Shown here: positions 13,560 through 25,700 of the stretch, piece by piece
Numbering within the stretch: the first letter of the stretch is position 1
Layout of the letters: each line of letters opens with the position of its first letter
NCBI GenBank assembly: GCA_965655095.1
Contig: OZ296651.1
Coordinates: 108,562,001-108,626,000, forward strand
Direction of reading: 5' to 3'
DNA: 64,000 nt
Source: Haplodiscus bocki
Taxonomy: Eukaryota
Position numbers and translations under genes: made by a program
The notes under the pieces: model-generated
Seen by the model: only the letters and a program-made list of their open reading frames with translations
The model's database searches: none
Told to the model about the DNA's origin: nothing

Positions 13560-14550
13560 AGAACTCGAAAAGAAAAAAATTGGGTTCGATTTTCATGCTG
13601 TAACCGACCAACTCTTTTACTTCAATGTCGAACTTCCTTATGATTTGGCACACTGAAGTGTGAAGAATGGAACTGCGACCATTCCTCAATTAAGGAACTG
13701 AATTTTCGACAACTTGAACTCGGAATGAAACCGCTGTGAAACTGTGAACTTCGTCATTGAACAATAACATGATCTCTTTGAAACTGTGAAAAATCTACGT
13801 CAGGTGAACTGGTGAACTTGAAATTCTCAAATGTGTACAAATGTGAGCTTTTGAGAACTGAGGTGAGGAATTGAAAATTGCAAACTGAGAAATTATAGCT
13901 GTTTTATTCTGATTTTAAAACGAGAGGCAGTTAGAGATTGAAGCTGGAGTTAGAAATTTGAAAAGAAGTGAACATCTGAAAAACAAAGAAAAAATTGAAG
14001 ACTTTTGAACAACAAAAGAACCATACGACACCTTCTTAAGCAGATTAGTTTTTTTGCTTTTAAAAGTTGTTCGGTTCTGATGCATTTTATAGATGTTATT
14101 TTACTGCGAATAATGGGATTTTCTAGAGTATAGAGGATGCTCGAACCACATGGGGCTAAAAGTGAAAAAATAATCTCGGAAAACTCAGCCTGAATTGTGG
14201 AAGATTTGTATGAATTGGAACACGTAATACCAAATATTGATAACCGTTGTTTCTAGCTGCTAATCAAGCAAGACCACAAGTGAGCTAAAAAGCAAGCCAG
14301 TAACACAAATCCTACTTTTTCTTCCATACACGCTGAAAATACATGGTTGGAAGTGGTCGGCACATACCGCATTTAGCATTGGCAACAGAAAAATATGTGC
14401 TTCTCAAAACTGCAGATGAAAATCGCTGGTTACCGACTTTCCACAAACACCAGGTCTTGGCTATACTGTTTTAACCTGCTACATTTCCCTTTAAGACATT
14501 TCTTGATGTTTCATCATCTCTTTTGCCGCAGCTGACAGAAAACTCAGTTT
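13560..14550 (+). repeat. Dispersed repeat family B, copy 2
   Basis: Diverged direct copy of 8040-9060. Confidence 0.75.
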
Positions 14551-17500
14551 TCTTATTATTTGCTTTTTTCTGGAAAATGTTACTTTCATTGATATTCAAA
14601 TAAACAATTTTACTTCAACACATTCGTAAAAAAATACCAAACTCATTACAGTCCAACCCTCTCATTCAACAAAATCGCTCTGATTCTTCATACGGCTACC
14701 GGTTGTTTGAAAGCAATCGCTTCGAGTTCAACTTGGTATTGAAGGAGACATGCATTTTCCAACAAAAAAACTATGTTCTTTGGCGTTAATTTTTGACGAA
14801 AAAATTTATCTTTTCTTTCCCTTGACCTTACTACTAATCACAAGACTTTTCCACAAGTCTTTCAGCTCAATTGTATTGGGTCCACAGAATCTGGAAAAGT
14901 TTTGCTCCGTAAAAATCAAAGCCCTACACAAAAAGGCTCAGTGAAGTTCCAAATGGACATTATGGAAGTCCAATGAAATCTAAATAGTATCTAAGACTCT
15001 GGACTCTAAAACTTTTATTCTTTTTATATTCCATAATTATCAACTGGAAATAACGGAAATTTTAACCACTTCGGAAGTATTTTAACAAGATGCAAATGCC
15101 GACATCTCCTCACTTCTGATTGTGAAAATTAAAAGGAACGTTTTGAAATCAATCACTGAGAACAGATCTATAAATTGCTACCTCCCTAGGTTTTACAAAT
15201 TAGCAAGTACTTTAACCTGCTCTTTTCGTTTCGGAAAACAATAAGTGTACTAAAGGGATTAAGTTAATTCCTCCGATAAAATATGTGTTGACAATTCAGA
15301 ACTCTGGCGTAAAAAATTTTGTTACGAAACTAATTGGCCAACTTTTTGTCAAAATGATGGTCACTTTTCGCAACCTTTCCGAGGCTGTTTTGAAGAGCAT
15401 TTTTAACACTAGGAGCAGCAACAGTTCCTTTTCAATATCGAGAACAATCTTGAAACATTTGAAAAAAAAATCAAGAACACAATGATAGTCTGACAGCCTC
15501 GGTTTTTGAAGAGCTGACTGATTACTTATGATTCTACAATTTTTATTCATCTGATTGTTATCTCCAAGGAATAAAAATATAAAGTCATTTCTAGATGGTA
15601 GACATCTTAATTCAAACACTGCCCGTTCGCTTGTTTCTTCGCCCATTGGAGACATCTACTCACGACTAACCCGAGCAAGGAAAGAAACGTACTTCTGCTA
15701 TTCAACTAATGTACGGATATGCATATGCTTCTTTAGAAAAAACTATCCTTGACCTACATCTAGTGAAAAGTTTTTTTCACCTTCATTGAGGTTTATTTTC
15801 CTCGAAAAAAGTTTTTCTATTCAGAGAGGTGCTTTTTTTCATTTTCATTCATTGGTAGAGGCTCTGCATTGGTAAGTTTTCATAACATTTTACTATCAGA
15901 GCAAGCCAAAGACAAAATCTCTACGCTAATGTCTGAAAAGCATCAAAATTGCTTTAAAAAAGTAGCATTGAACATTGATATTTATCTGGCATTAGCTGTG
16001 GAAGCTCTTGGACATGAAATGAAATTGACCTTGAAATAATGAAGCCAGTTGAGTAAAAATATGAAACAACCAAAAAATCTTAGTTACCCCATGAAAACTC
16101 TGTGAGAAAGTGTCTAGGTTTTTCGAATTTTTATTCCAGTTTTCTAAAAAAAAACGTCCATGTTTCATTGGAACCCTCCCATGATGTTTTCCTGTCAAAG
16201 GTTGCATTCCGGGGCAGGGCCTAACGAGTTATTTTGCTCCCTGTAATTAACTTCTCGCTGTTGATGAATCTGAATTAACAATTCGTCGTACAAATGAACT
16301 TTTTGAAATTTTATGAGTACGAAAGACCTACAAATCAACAAAAAATGGCACTTTCAATTCCTTTTCTAGTGAACGTTTCTCCATTGCAACCAAAAAGTGC
16401 ATTTATTATTCCCTCATTTTCGTTCACGTTAATCTGTGATTCTATTTTGTCTGTAATTTAAAAAAACTCAGCTGGAAAAAAACTGTAACTCCTTTGTCGC
16501 CAAAATTGACTGAAACTAAATTTTTTAGTGGCGATATTGATCCAACATTGAAACACATTACAAAAATACTTGAGTTAAATGTCAAGCGTATGACGGCCTG
16601 ATTTTGGGAGATATAAAAATTGAATTAACCCTTCATTTAACTGAACTCCAAAATAACACTATTGCGCAAAATTTAAATGAATTCCATATCTATGCCAAAA
16701 GAACGAATCTGACCCAGTACAGTAGCATGCACCTTTAATTTTCAAACCCTTCTTTTTGTCCAATTTTTTTTCGTCGAGGAATCAAATTGACTTCTCTTAA
16801 CAACTTCCTGTCTCACAAACTGTGTTTACATCGTTTTATATAGAATAAAAATCTGGTATTAAAATCACCTATTCTAATAATACTTTACGAAAGTTTGACA
16901 CGGCGCTTTCCGGGTGAAAAACAAAGCTACTCTTTTGTAAATTAACCACGATTATGCCTTCAGACAGGTCGAATACACGTTTGATTTTTTTTACTACCTG
17001 AAATTTCTTACTGTTTATTCAAAAGCTACGTTGCATTTTCTATCACCCATAAGCTAATATCTCCCATATCTCTAAGCGAACAAATTACAATGAAAAATTC
17101 GAATAACATCGTTTCCGTACTTTTACTGCAAATTGGATTTACGTTCTCGATCATTACTAATTAGATTGTGAGACTTGCCAAAATTTCATTAGAAACAACA
17201 GACTTCTCATTTTCAGATTTTCGCAAAAATGCTCCTCATTTTGTTTTCTTTTTAGGTTAATAAATTTTTAGCACATACAAAACTCTAAATTTCACCTTTA
17301 TTCATCGGTGTTCTACTTTTTCGCCTCATTGTATATGCGTTTAGTGGATTTTTTGTCGTATTCCGTTCTTCCCAAAATGATAAAAAACCTGTTCCTGGAA
17401 CTCCAATTGATGATTGGAATTCTATTTTATGGTGCCGCTGTTTTTCTGGTCTCTGATTGAACGCCTTAGTTTATCAGCACTAATCTTTCATATTTATCTT

Positions 17501-17899
17501 CACTATTTGTTTTTCGTTACGCTCCTGGTAGTCATGAAAATATTATTCAACAAAAGTCAGATAGAGAAGATTCCACATGGAATATTTGTACAAAAAGGGT
17601 CCTGCTGCTGGCTTTTTCAAAACTTCTTCGGTTTCAAAAGTCTCGGTTTCACACCTTGGAACTTGGAATGACTACTTCAAACACCTCAATCTAACCCTGA
17701 TGATTTTTGGGGCCATCTGAGCACCTTTTTTGCAAAATCAATCCGATAAACGTGAAAAATTCAACCCGGCATCCTCGTTCGAATCCATAACTATTGGCAA
17801 TTCCTTAAAAGCTGGTCAGCTTTTACATGTTTTTTTCAGAATTCATTGAGCAAATCATCAAAGTCAGAAATATGTTTGTCATGCTTACAATGTATATCT

Positions 17900-18290
17900 C
17901 TAAAAGATTGCAGTAGTTTCTTCCACATCCTATACTGATTAGATTTATCCTTTCTAATATAAATACCCAGAACAAATCGGGAATAAAAATTAGTCAAGAA
18001 TGTTTCTGAGAGTAGCTCCAACTTTTGAAAGTACTCAAGAATAAAACTGACCACTCCTACTATCGCCTCTTCAAAATTAAAGGTCTTCGTAAAAATTTAT
18101 AATTTTTATAGTTGTACTTCAATAAACTTGACTTGTGAAAATATCCCGGGCAATTAAATTTGTAAAATTTTTTTTCATTTCCCAGAAATTAAAGTTTTTT
18201 CCTAAGGTGTCTTGCTCATTTTCGAAAGTATTATCAATTGATTTCTCCAGACGATAGTTCTAAATCAAGAAGTTGTATACGACTGGGAGA
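17900..18290 (+). repeat. Dispersed repeat homologous to 9060-9490
   Basis: Same conserved blocks as 9060-9490. Confidence 0.7.
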
Positions 18291-18920
18291 CAAATTGCAG
18301 TACAATTACATTCTGCGTCAAAGGTATAGAACATTTTGAAAAAGTTATTGACAAAATGTCATGGGGAAACTACTTCGTTTTCCAAGGCGATGTCAAACCA
18401 TCTTGGCTCTGCCCCCTCTCGATTGCAGACCAGAGATCCCTCATTTACGCGTTGAGGATTGCAAAATCCCGACATCTATCGTTACCTGTGGAAAATTTTG
18501 CATGCATCCGCAGGTAATTTTTTCTGAGGAGCAATTTACCTGAGCCCATCGCTAGTAATTTCCCATGTGCCACTCTTACTTCCATTGTTTTCAAAACGAA
18601 AAACTTCACGAGAGGTAGAATGGGACACTGGTTCCAATTTTCGTTCACATATCGCTCAAATATACCAGCTAAATGCGGAAAGCGTGAACTCTGAGTTGTG
18701 AGTAAATCTTCTAAAATAGTTCCTGAAAAGGAAAACTGCCAACATGCCGCCTGTCGTTATATGCCTGACTTTTTCGTGACGACCGCTGGGAATTAGGCAG
18801 TCAATCAGACACATTGTATGATAGCTGTGCTTTTCAGGTAAAATTGTTAGGTTCATTAACAAAAAAAGTACCTTGCGCAAAATTTTGAGAGAAACATTGT
18901 GGCTTTCCATGCTGATTTTG

Positions 18921-19690
18921 AACAAGAGAGCCGGCTACCACCGGCATATTTTGCGCCTTCCCATTTTTGAAAGAGAGGCTTTCAAAAAAATGAAAACGTT
19001 GTTTTTTGTCAAAAAAAATCTTTCTTCATCAAAATTTCTATTTTTTCCAACGTTCAAAGTTTTCTCATTTTTTTTTGCCCAAAAAACCTCATAAATAGGC
19101 CGGAAGACATTTTTGGGAAATGAAACCATCTCATTCTCATTCTACAGCAAATTTGCCATCATTAACGATTTTGAAAGAAATTCAAGTTTTGTTCGAAAAC
19201 CCATCTATTTTTCCAAAAAAACCCAAGTTTTGAACGGCTTGAGAAATCTTACCGTTTTAGCCTCGACAATTTGGCAATCTTGGCAATCTCGCAACCTTGG
19301 TAATCTTGGCAATTTTGGCAATGGTGCCAGTTGTGGCAATTGTGGAAATTATGGAATTTTTTGCGATTTTGGCTAGTTTGGCAACTTTGGAAATTTTGGC
19401 CACTTCATTCATTTGGCCATTTAGACATTTTTGGCAATTTTGGGCATTTTGACCATTTTGGCCAGTCTGGTCATTTTGGTTGTTTCAGCCATTTTGACCA
19501 TTTTGGCCATTTGCACATGTTGGCCATTTAGGCCATTTTGGCAATCTTGACAAAAAATTCTGACAAACGCGAGCCAGCATCGTTTTTTTTGCGCGAGCTC
19601 AATTGGCAAACATCGGCTTCAAAGAAGGCACCTATTTGAGAGGAAGATATTGCTTTTCATATCTTAAAGAATTTCGCGCAAAATATCAAA
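18921..19690 (-). mobile_element. Non-autonomous Helentron-associated (HINE/DINE-1-like) element
   Basis: 11-bp subterminal inverted repeats ATATTTTGCGC (18946-18956) and GCGCAAAATAT (19676-19686); GCCGG-n6-CCGGC hairpin beside one of them; minus-strand end CTTGTT; internal 9-bp minisatellite; absent from the paralogous repeat at ~11855-11870. Confidence 0.6.
19268..19550. repeat. Degenerate 9-bp minisatellite (TTGGCAATT/TTGGCCATT)
   Basis: Directly visible tandem units; they explain the repetitive GN/GHF ORFs in the ORF track. Confidence 0.9.
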
Positions 19691-19883
19691 CGCATGAGAC
19701 TTTGAAAAAACGTTTAGCTCGCAAATAATCAAGTCTCAAAAAAATACGCGAATGATTACATGAGTCACATGACGTTCAGCGCCTGATGTTATACTTACTG
19801 GAATCTGACGACGACCAACTTAGATGGAACACCTGAGACGAGTGAGCAAAAGCTTAACACTTTTAAAATTGATAGAGCACAAT

Positions 19884-19950
19884 AGTAGTTAGGAAAACGA
19901 CTGGCCTTTCAACGGGGGGGGGGGGGTTCTTGTTTCAAAATCGGAGGACC
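19884..19950 (+). repeat. Left TIR
   Basis: AGTAGTTAGGAAAACGACTGGCCTTTCAAC(G)13TTCTTGTTTCAAAATCGGAGGACC versus the reverse complement of the right end, AGTAGTAAGAAAAACAGCCGGCTTTTCAAC(G)5TCCTTGTTTCAAAATTTTAGGACC. Confidence 0.9.
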
Positions 19951-20009
19951 TCTTTAGGGGTCCTCTAATTTTGAAGCAAGGACCCACCTCCATTGAAAGG
20001 CCGGCCGTT
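19895..20009. repeat. ~115-bp imperfect palindrome (fold-back of the left TIR)
   Basis: AACGACTGGCCTTTCAA...TTCTTGTTTCAAAAT.GGAGGACCTC-TTTA-GGGGTCCTC.AATTTTGAAGCAAGGA...TTGAAAGGCCGGCCGTT. Confidence 0.9.
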
Positions 20010-20201
20010 CAATTTTCTTATGACCCCTCCCTAAAACGACAGTCCGGTGAAATTCGGACCGGTAATGTCGAGTGCCGCTCGGGCTTCGGAAATATTAACA
20101 GATGGTCTGCATCTCGTGATTGCAAGTCGTCCGGTTGATTTAATTCGTCGGATCACACTCGTGTCGCGCGACGCACAACATAAAGTTAATTCGAGAACAC
20201 G

Positions 20202-20588
20202 GTGGACTCCAAAACAATGGAACCAAACGAAATAGACGTAAACAAAGTGCAACAAATTTTCCATCGATTTTCTAATGATAAAACTGACGATTTTGATGTC
20301 TACAGAAAATATGTTTTGAGCTTTTGTTTGAATTACCTGAGAAATACTACTCTTAACGTAACACTAAAACAACTCCAAAGCTTGCTGAAAGAAGAGCCAC
20401 AAATCGAATGTGGATTGTTTTATAAGCATTGTAAATTTTACAGAGTACTTGTGATTGTTTCTAACGCTCAAACTGTACTTGGAATTTTCTGTGACACAGA
20501 AGACTGTTTGGATACGAGAAATAGGTTCAAAAGATTTTGGTCAGCTTTAATTCATCCTCTCTGGAGTATTTTGAGTTTGAAATTATAA
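20202..20588 (+). CDS. 128-aa hypothetical protein of the element (also 27612-27998, 35040-35426, 42460-42846)
   Basis: Open in all four units and first ORF after the TIR; no recognisable motif. Confidence 0.4.
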   Translation: MDSKTMEPNEIDVNKVQQIFHRFSNDKTDDFDVYRKYVLSFCLNYLRNTTLNVTLKQLQSLLKEEPQIECGLFYKHCKFYRVLVIVSNAQTVLGIFCDTEDCLDTRNRFKRFWSALIHPLWSILSLKL

Positions 20589-20617
20589 CTCCAAGCGCAC
20601 CGGTTTAATCAGTTGGA

Positions 20618-21144
20618 ATGTTGAACGAATACGGAAACATTGTTTTTGATTTTGAGAATGTTACTTATAACATTTTTTTGAGAGAGAATTGACTGTTTAT
20701 GGAAAAAGTTTCCAAGACACGCTGCTTTTCAAACCACCGAAAGAACTGCTTGACTGTTCAACCACACATCAACGCTCGATAAATTTGCTTACAAAAAGAG
20801 TTGATCGTACGGACTGGAATAGTGGTTTTTACCCTTACAAGTTCATTAGCGAAGATTTTGTTTGCCCTCGAATTCGTTTTCCCAAATTGAGAGTTTTAGT
20901 TAAAGTAAAAAATAGAGTGGGTTTCCTTCACAAGCATTTGGAAAACGTTCGAGACTCCGTTGAACTTGCTTATCCACCAGGAAAAGAACTACGCAAAGAT
21001 TTTGTGATTTCGTGTTCTAATCACAACAAAATTGAACCCTGGAAACCCAACAATAAGTTTTGGCATTGAAGTAAAATAAAGTCGGCGTCCTTTTATCAGC
21101 AGATAGAAAAATCCAAATATGGAAGCACTGCCGGAAGCCAATAA
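20618..21144 (+). pseudogene. Putative DnaQ/DEDD-like exonuclease-fold protein of a Polinton-like element (repeated in each unit)
   Basis: Reconstructed across one frameshift and one stop: IVFDFE...FLRE/LTV...LLFKPP...W.SG.YPY...KG...FL...C..H...H(*)S. DxE resembles an ExoI motif. Family assignment is from recall of similar ORFs. Confidence 0.45.
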
Positions 21145-22767
21145 CATGTGCTAATGTTACTTCCTCATTTAAGCGTCTCCTTGTTACAAGCAGCAAACAA
21201 TAGTCATTTGGTCGTTTTGACCAAAGACGAGTATGTTGGAAATGGTTTTGACAGAGTTATGAGAAGAGATGTGATCCAATTGTTTCTCTCAGGGTACTAC
21301 TTACCAAAGTCTGCGTTTGGTGTTCTTGACGCCGGAATTTTGAATAACATGAGTCAGCAGAATCCGAGACCAGGCAGAAAAAGTTCTCCAATATGAAAAA
21401 AACCACCCTTCAACTTTCCCAACAAGAAATCCCCACGTCTGATAGAAATTCATGCAGGCTGTTATAATTTACCCAAAGAAATTAGGCGAATTACGAAAGG
21501 ATAGAAAGCGGATAAGATTTGCTTCTTCCCTGCAATCGGCAAGGAAACCTCAAAATTCAGGATTGAATTAAAAACTGAAGACACCGAAGGAACTCTTTCA
21601 TTACTTTGCATGACACGAAAGAGTTTAAATTACCTAGTAGTAGAAGTTTGTAGAATCAACCAACATGTGTATGACTTGTAGACTGATCATTTCTAAAACT
21701 ATTGGACCGTTTTCTTCTTTCTTTTGACACTTTTATTAGTATACCGTTCTTTAGACACTCAAAGACAAGATTTTTTTTTGTTCAAGTGTACTTCTGTACT
21801 CCTCAACATTGCCAAACCAGAAAAACTGTGTAAAGAGACACACGCTGAAAAGCATCCTTTTTTGTGCTTAGAAAAGCTGCATGCTTTTCTGCAATGCACT
21901 TTTGAAAACGAATCCTGATTGCTTTTAAAAGGATTCTTTTTTTTTAAATTGAATTTCTCTTCATGTAATTGTTTTGAGTAAAGTGCTCAGAGCCAGTGGA
22001 CGTTGCAGATCTAATACCCATTCATAAACTGGTTTATGATGAGAACATTGTAGAGATACCCCCTGGGAAGTTTTGCAACTCTACCACGAAGCATTTTTGA
22101 AGTTCGAGTTCGAAGAGATTTTTTCATAGTATCAAAATTCAAAAAAGTTTACCGGAAAAAGGACCATCTTTGAAAAAAAATTTGATCGTTTTAGCCAAAA
22201 AAACAAACATTTCTCTACCTTGAAGAAAAATACCGAGCCAACAGTTGGCACACCAACAGAAAAAAAGACGTTGAATCCGCTAATGAAAACCGCGGGACGC
22301 CAGCTTCAAAGTGTGTTGAGAGTTTGGTCAAAGAATGCGTATTTCGAAAACGGGTACTCTGACAAAAGCTGTCAATTTTCTCAACAACTGTTGGTCGGAT
22401 CGGTCTAAAAAGTTGCATGCAGGTCCGCGAGGCAGTTTTGGAAAAACTAAATTGGAACAAAGGGGGCCCTTCAAAGTCACCTTCCTTCAAAAATTGCAAA
22501 AATCAACTTCCATTACGACTCGCAGTATAAAGTCAAACCGTCAACAAACAGAGATTAAAATAGTTTGAGGACTCTTGGTTTGCGACCAGCCGCCGTTTCC
22601 CAAAAAAGCGTCAAGGATACCATATAAGGTGATCGGATCAGAATTCAAAGAACACCAGAGTCCCTCCATCCTCATACCATAAATGATTGTCGTCTCGTCA
22701 ATTTATCGGAGCGCAGAAAGAATTTATGATCGCAATCTTAACTTTCAGAAGCACTCGACTTGTCAAA

Positions 22768-25700
22768 ATGGCTGCGGAGTGTGATGTTTGCTTCAAAACA
22801 AAGAGCTTTCCGACAAAGTTGCGCCAACACAAGCAAAAATTACACAAAGTACTTCCGAAAACTTTTTTTTTGATGTTGGGACTGTGACTATGAAAATACC
22901 TCGTTGGTTTTCATGAAGAAACACTTTTTACTAAACCATGCATTTATAATAGTCAATCATTGTTGTTTCTGTAACCTCATTTATGGAGATGGCGCCAAAG
23001 TTTCGAATCATGCCGAAAGCGTCCACTCTTTACCAACAAAATTCACACAGAGTCAAGGCGGACATTGAAAGAATCACCGGTTACCTAACAAACAGAAACA
23101 GCATTCACAGGATCATTACAAGTGTATCAACTGAAGTGAAGAATTACATCAGTTGATTTCTTAGAGTTGTTGGTCAGGAGAAATAATCATATACAAACCT
23201 GAATTAGAAAAAAAGCTCGAGGTGGTTTCAAGAAATTCAAAAACCCACAGAAGTGAAACTAGTGAAACCGGAACCTGACCAAACCTCACAAGAAACTATT
23301 ACAACACACACAAGCACTGACCGTGTACCAATTTGGTTTTCTAAAATCTCAGATGACGTTTTTTATCGTTTGATCGAGCAACTGACATTGGCTTTGTGTA
23401 CCTTTGCATCGCATGATAGTCGATGGATTTTGTGGGAAATAATAAACTTAATAGTAAAATTTATATCATTTTCAGCAGATTAGGGCTGATCCTACATCGC
23501 TTGTCTCATCAATCTTCGTAATTGTGAGTCTCTAATCAAAAATCGCAACGTTGCCGACAAAAACTGCTTTTTCTATTGTCATACTGTTGGATACCATCTA
23601 TACACGGAGGAGTTTCTCATCGACATAAGTTCTTTGCGATGCAAAACAAGCCCCGATATCTATAATCCCATTATCAACCCGTTAACCAAAAAGCATCTGG
23701 GTGAGTTGTCAAGGCCAATGCCATTCAATCAAATTAGTTGCTATGAAAAAGTCAACGAGGTTCAAGTAATTATCTGCAGAATTAAAAAAAGATTTTGTGC
23801 CCTTGAGGGTCTCTTAAGTTCGATGTGATTTGATAATGGATTTATTACTGTTGTCAAACGATGGCTCTCATCACTATGTTTTGATTACCAATTTGAAACG
23901 TTTTGTCAAATTCATCAAAAAAGCAGAGTAGGTGGAGAGGTTATCTATGCCGAAACTGTTTCAATGTTTGCAATTCAGTTGAAAGTTTACAAAGTCACAA
24001 AATCCATTTTTACGAAAATGAAGCCGCGACAAAAGTTCTGCCCGATCATAAGAAAAAACTTCATTAATTAAAAAGTACAAAAACCACTTGAATTGTACTT
24101 CTCGTTATTTTTTTCGCCACCGAAGCCCTTCTCATTCCTATCCATACATGTGACTCCTTACCAAACGCCATTGAGCAAACGAAATTGGAAAAAAAATCCC
24201 TCTGGCTATGGATTCAATTTTGTTGAGCATGGAAAAGACATAGTTTTGTTCAAGAGAGTCAAAAGAGAACACAACTTTCGAAGATTTTATCAAAGAGTTG
24301 GAAAAAAACGAAGGATATTTCTAACCGTATACAATGTTTCTGATTCTGCAGAAGTAACCCTCCAGTACCAGAAGAATCTGTCGGTGACTGCTGGATTCGC
24401 ATTAAACCTTTCGAAATAGACCAGGGAGAATTATTGGACCATTGTCATTATAGTGGTAAGTTCTTAGGTTAGGCTCATTATCAATGTAATCTGAAGAGAA
24501 AATCAATCAACTTCACCCCAGTGGTTGCCCACAACATCGCAGGCTATGACATTTATCAAATATGAACAATAATCAAGAAGAGCAATTCAAACAACAAGTT
24601 CTCTGTGATTCCCACAACAAATGAGAAGTGCATTTCTTTCACATTTTCCGTATGGGTAAACTTTTTTTTATGGAAAAAAAAGGAGTGATGAAAAATGTTT
24701 ATGAAGAAATGCAATTCTTGGATTCTTTCATTTCAATACCACAGTACCTAGAGAACCTAGCTCAAAGAAAAATTTATATACCTCGACTGTCAATTCAATA
24801 TGCAAAAAACAGTATCACAATTTGACTTACTGAAAAGGAAAGGAGTTTACCTCTACACATACATGAACATTTTCGACAAATAAGTTCTAGAAAAAAAATA
24901 CTTCCAAAACGGTTTTGGAAACACACACTTTAAGTTGGAGTAATTACTGTTTCCGACGGAGACTGGGAGCATGCAAATCTTGTATTCCAAGAGTTTGATT
25001 GCAAAACTTTAGTCGACTAACATGATTTTTATTTACACAAAGATGTTCTCTTTCTAGCGTCCCTCTTTGAAGTGTCTCGCTAAGTCTGCTATGCCATTTA
25101 CGGTCTGGACTGTGTACATTTCTATTTGGTATCCAATTTGTCTGCTGAAGCCTTCCTCAGAAACTGTAACGGTGGAATTGAACTTTTAAGCGATCGAGAA
25201 CTTTTGGAAATGGCCGAAAACTTGATTCGCGGAGGATTTTCTCGAATGTTTGGAAAACGTAATTTTGAAGCAAATAACAAAATTTTACCAAACCATAACC
25301 CCTCAGTGAAACAGAAATTTGGTTTTTTCATTGATGCAAACAACTTATACGGCGGAATCGTGGAAAACTTTCCTTTACCTTTAAAAAACTTTGTTTTGAG
25401 AACAGAAGGAAAACTTGACCTGCATGGAAGTCTAAGTACGACAGATGACCCCTCAGTTGGATAATTTTTGCAGGCGAATGTTCATTTTCTCGAGCCTTTG
25501 GACGATTTTCACCCATATTTCCCATTGGCATCAACCAAAGAGGAAAAATTTATTTCCGGCTCGAAGAATATCAGAAGAACACGCTGAAATTGTTTGAAAC
25601 AAAAAGATTTTCCACAAAAAAGTAAAAAAAAACGGATTCAAAAAGTTTAGGACGAAACCAATATTTATACCTTGAAATAGCCTACTTTGAATTTATATTT

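Noticed and set aside
14600-17900. Possible decayed coding sequence on the minus strand
   Set aside because: No recognisable motif and no homologue within the window.
19113-19609. Gly/His/Phe-repeat proteins in the ORF track
   Set aside because: They are translations of the 9-bp minisatellite.
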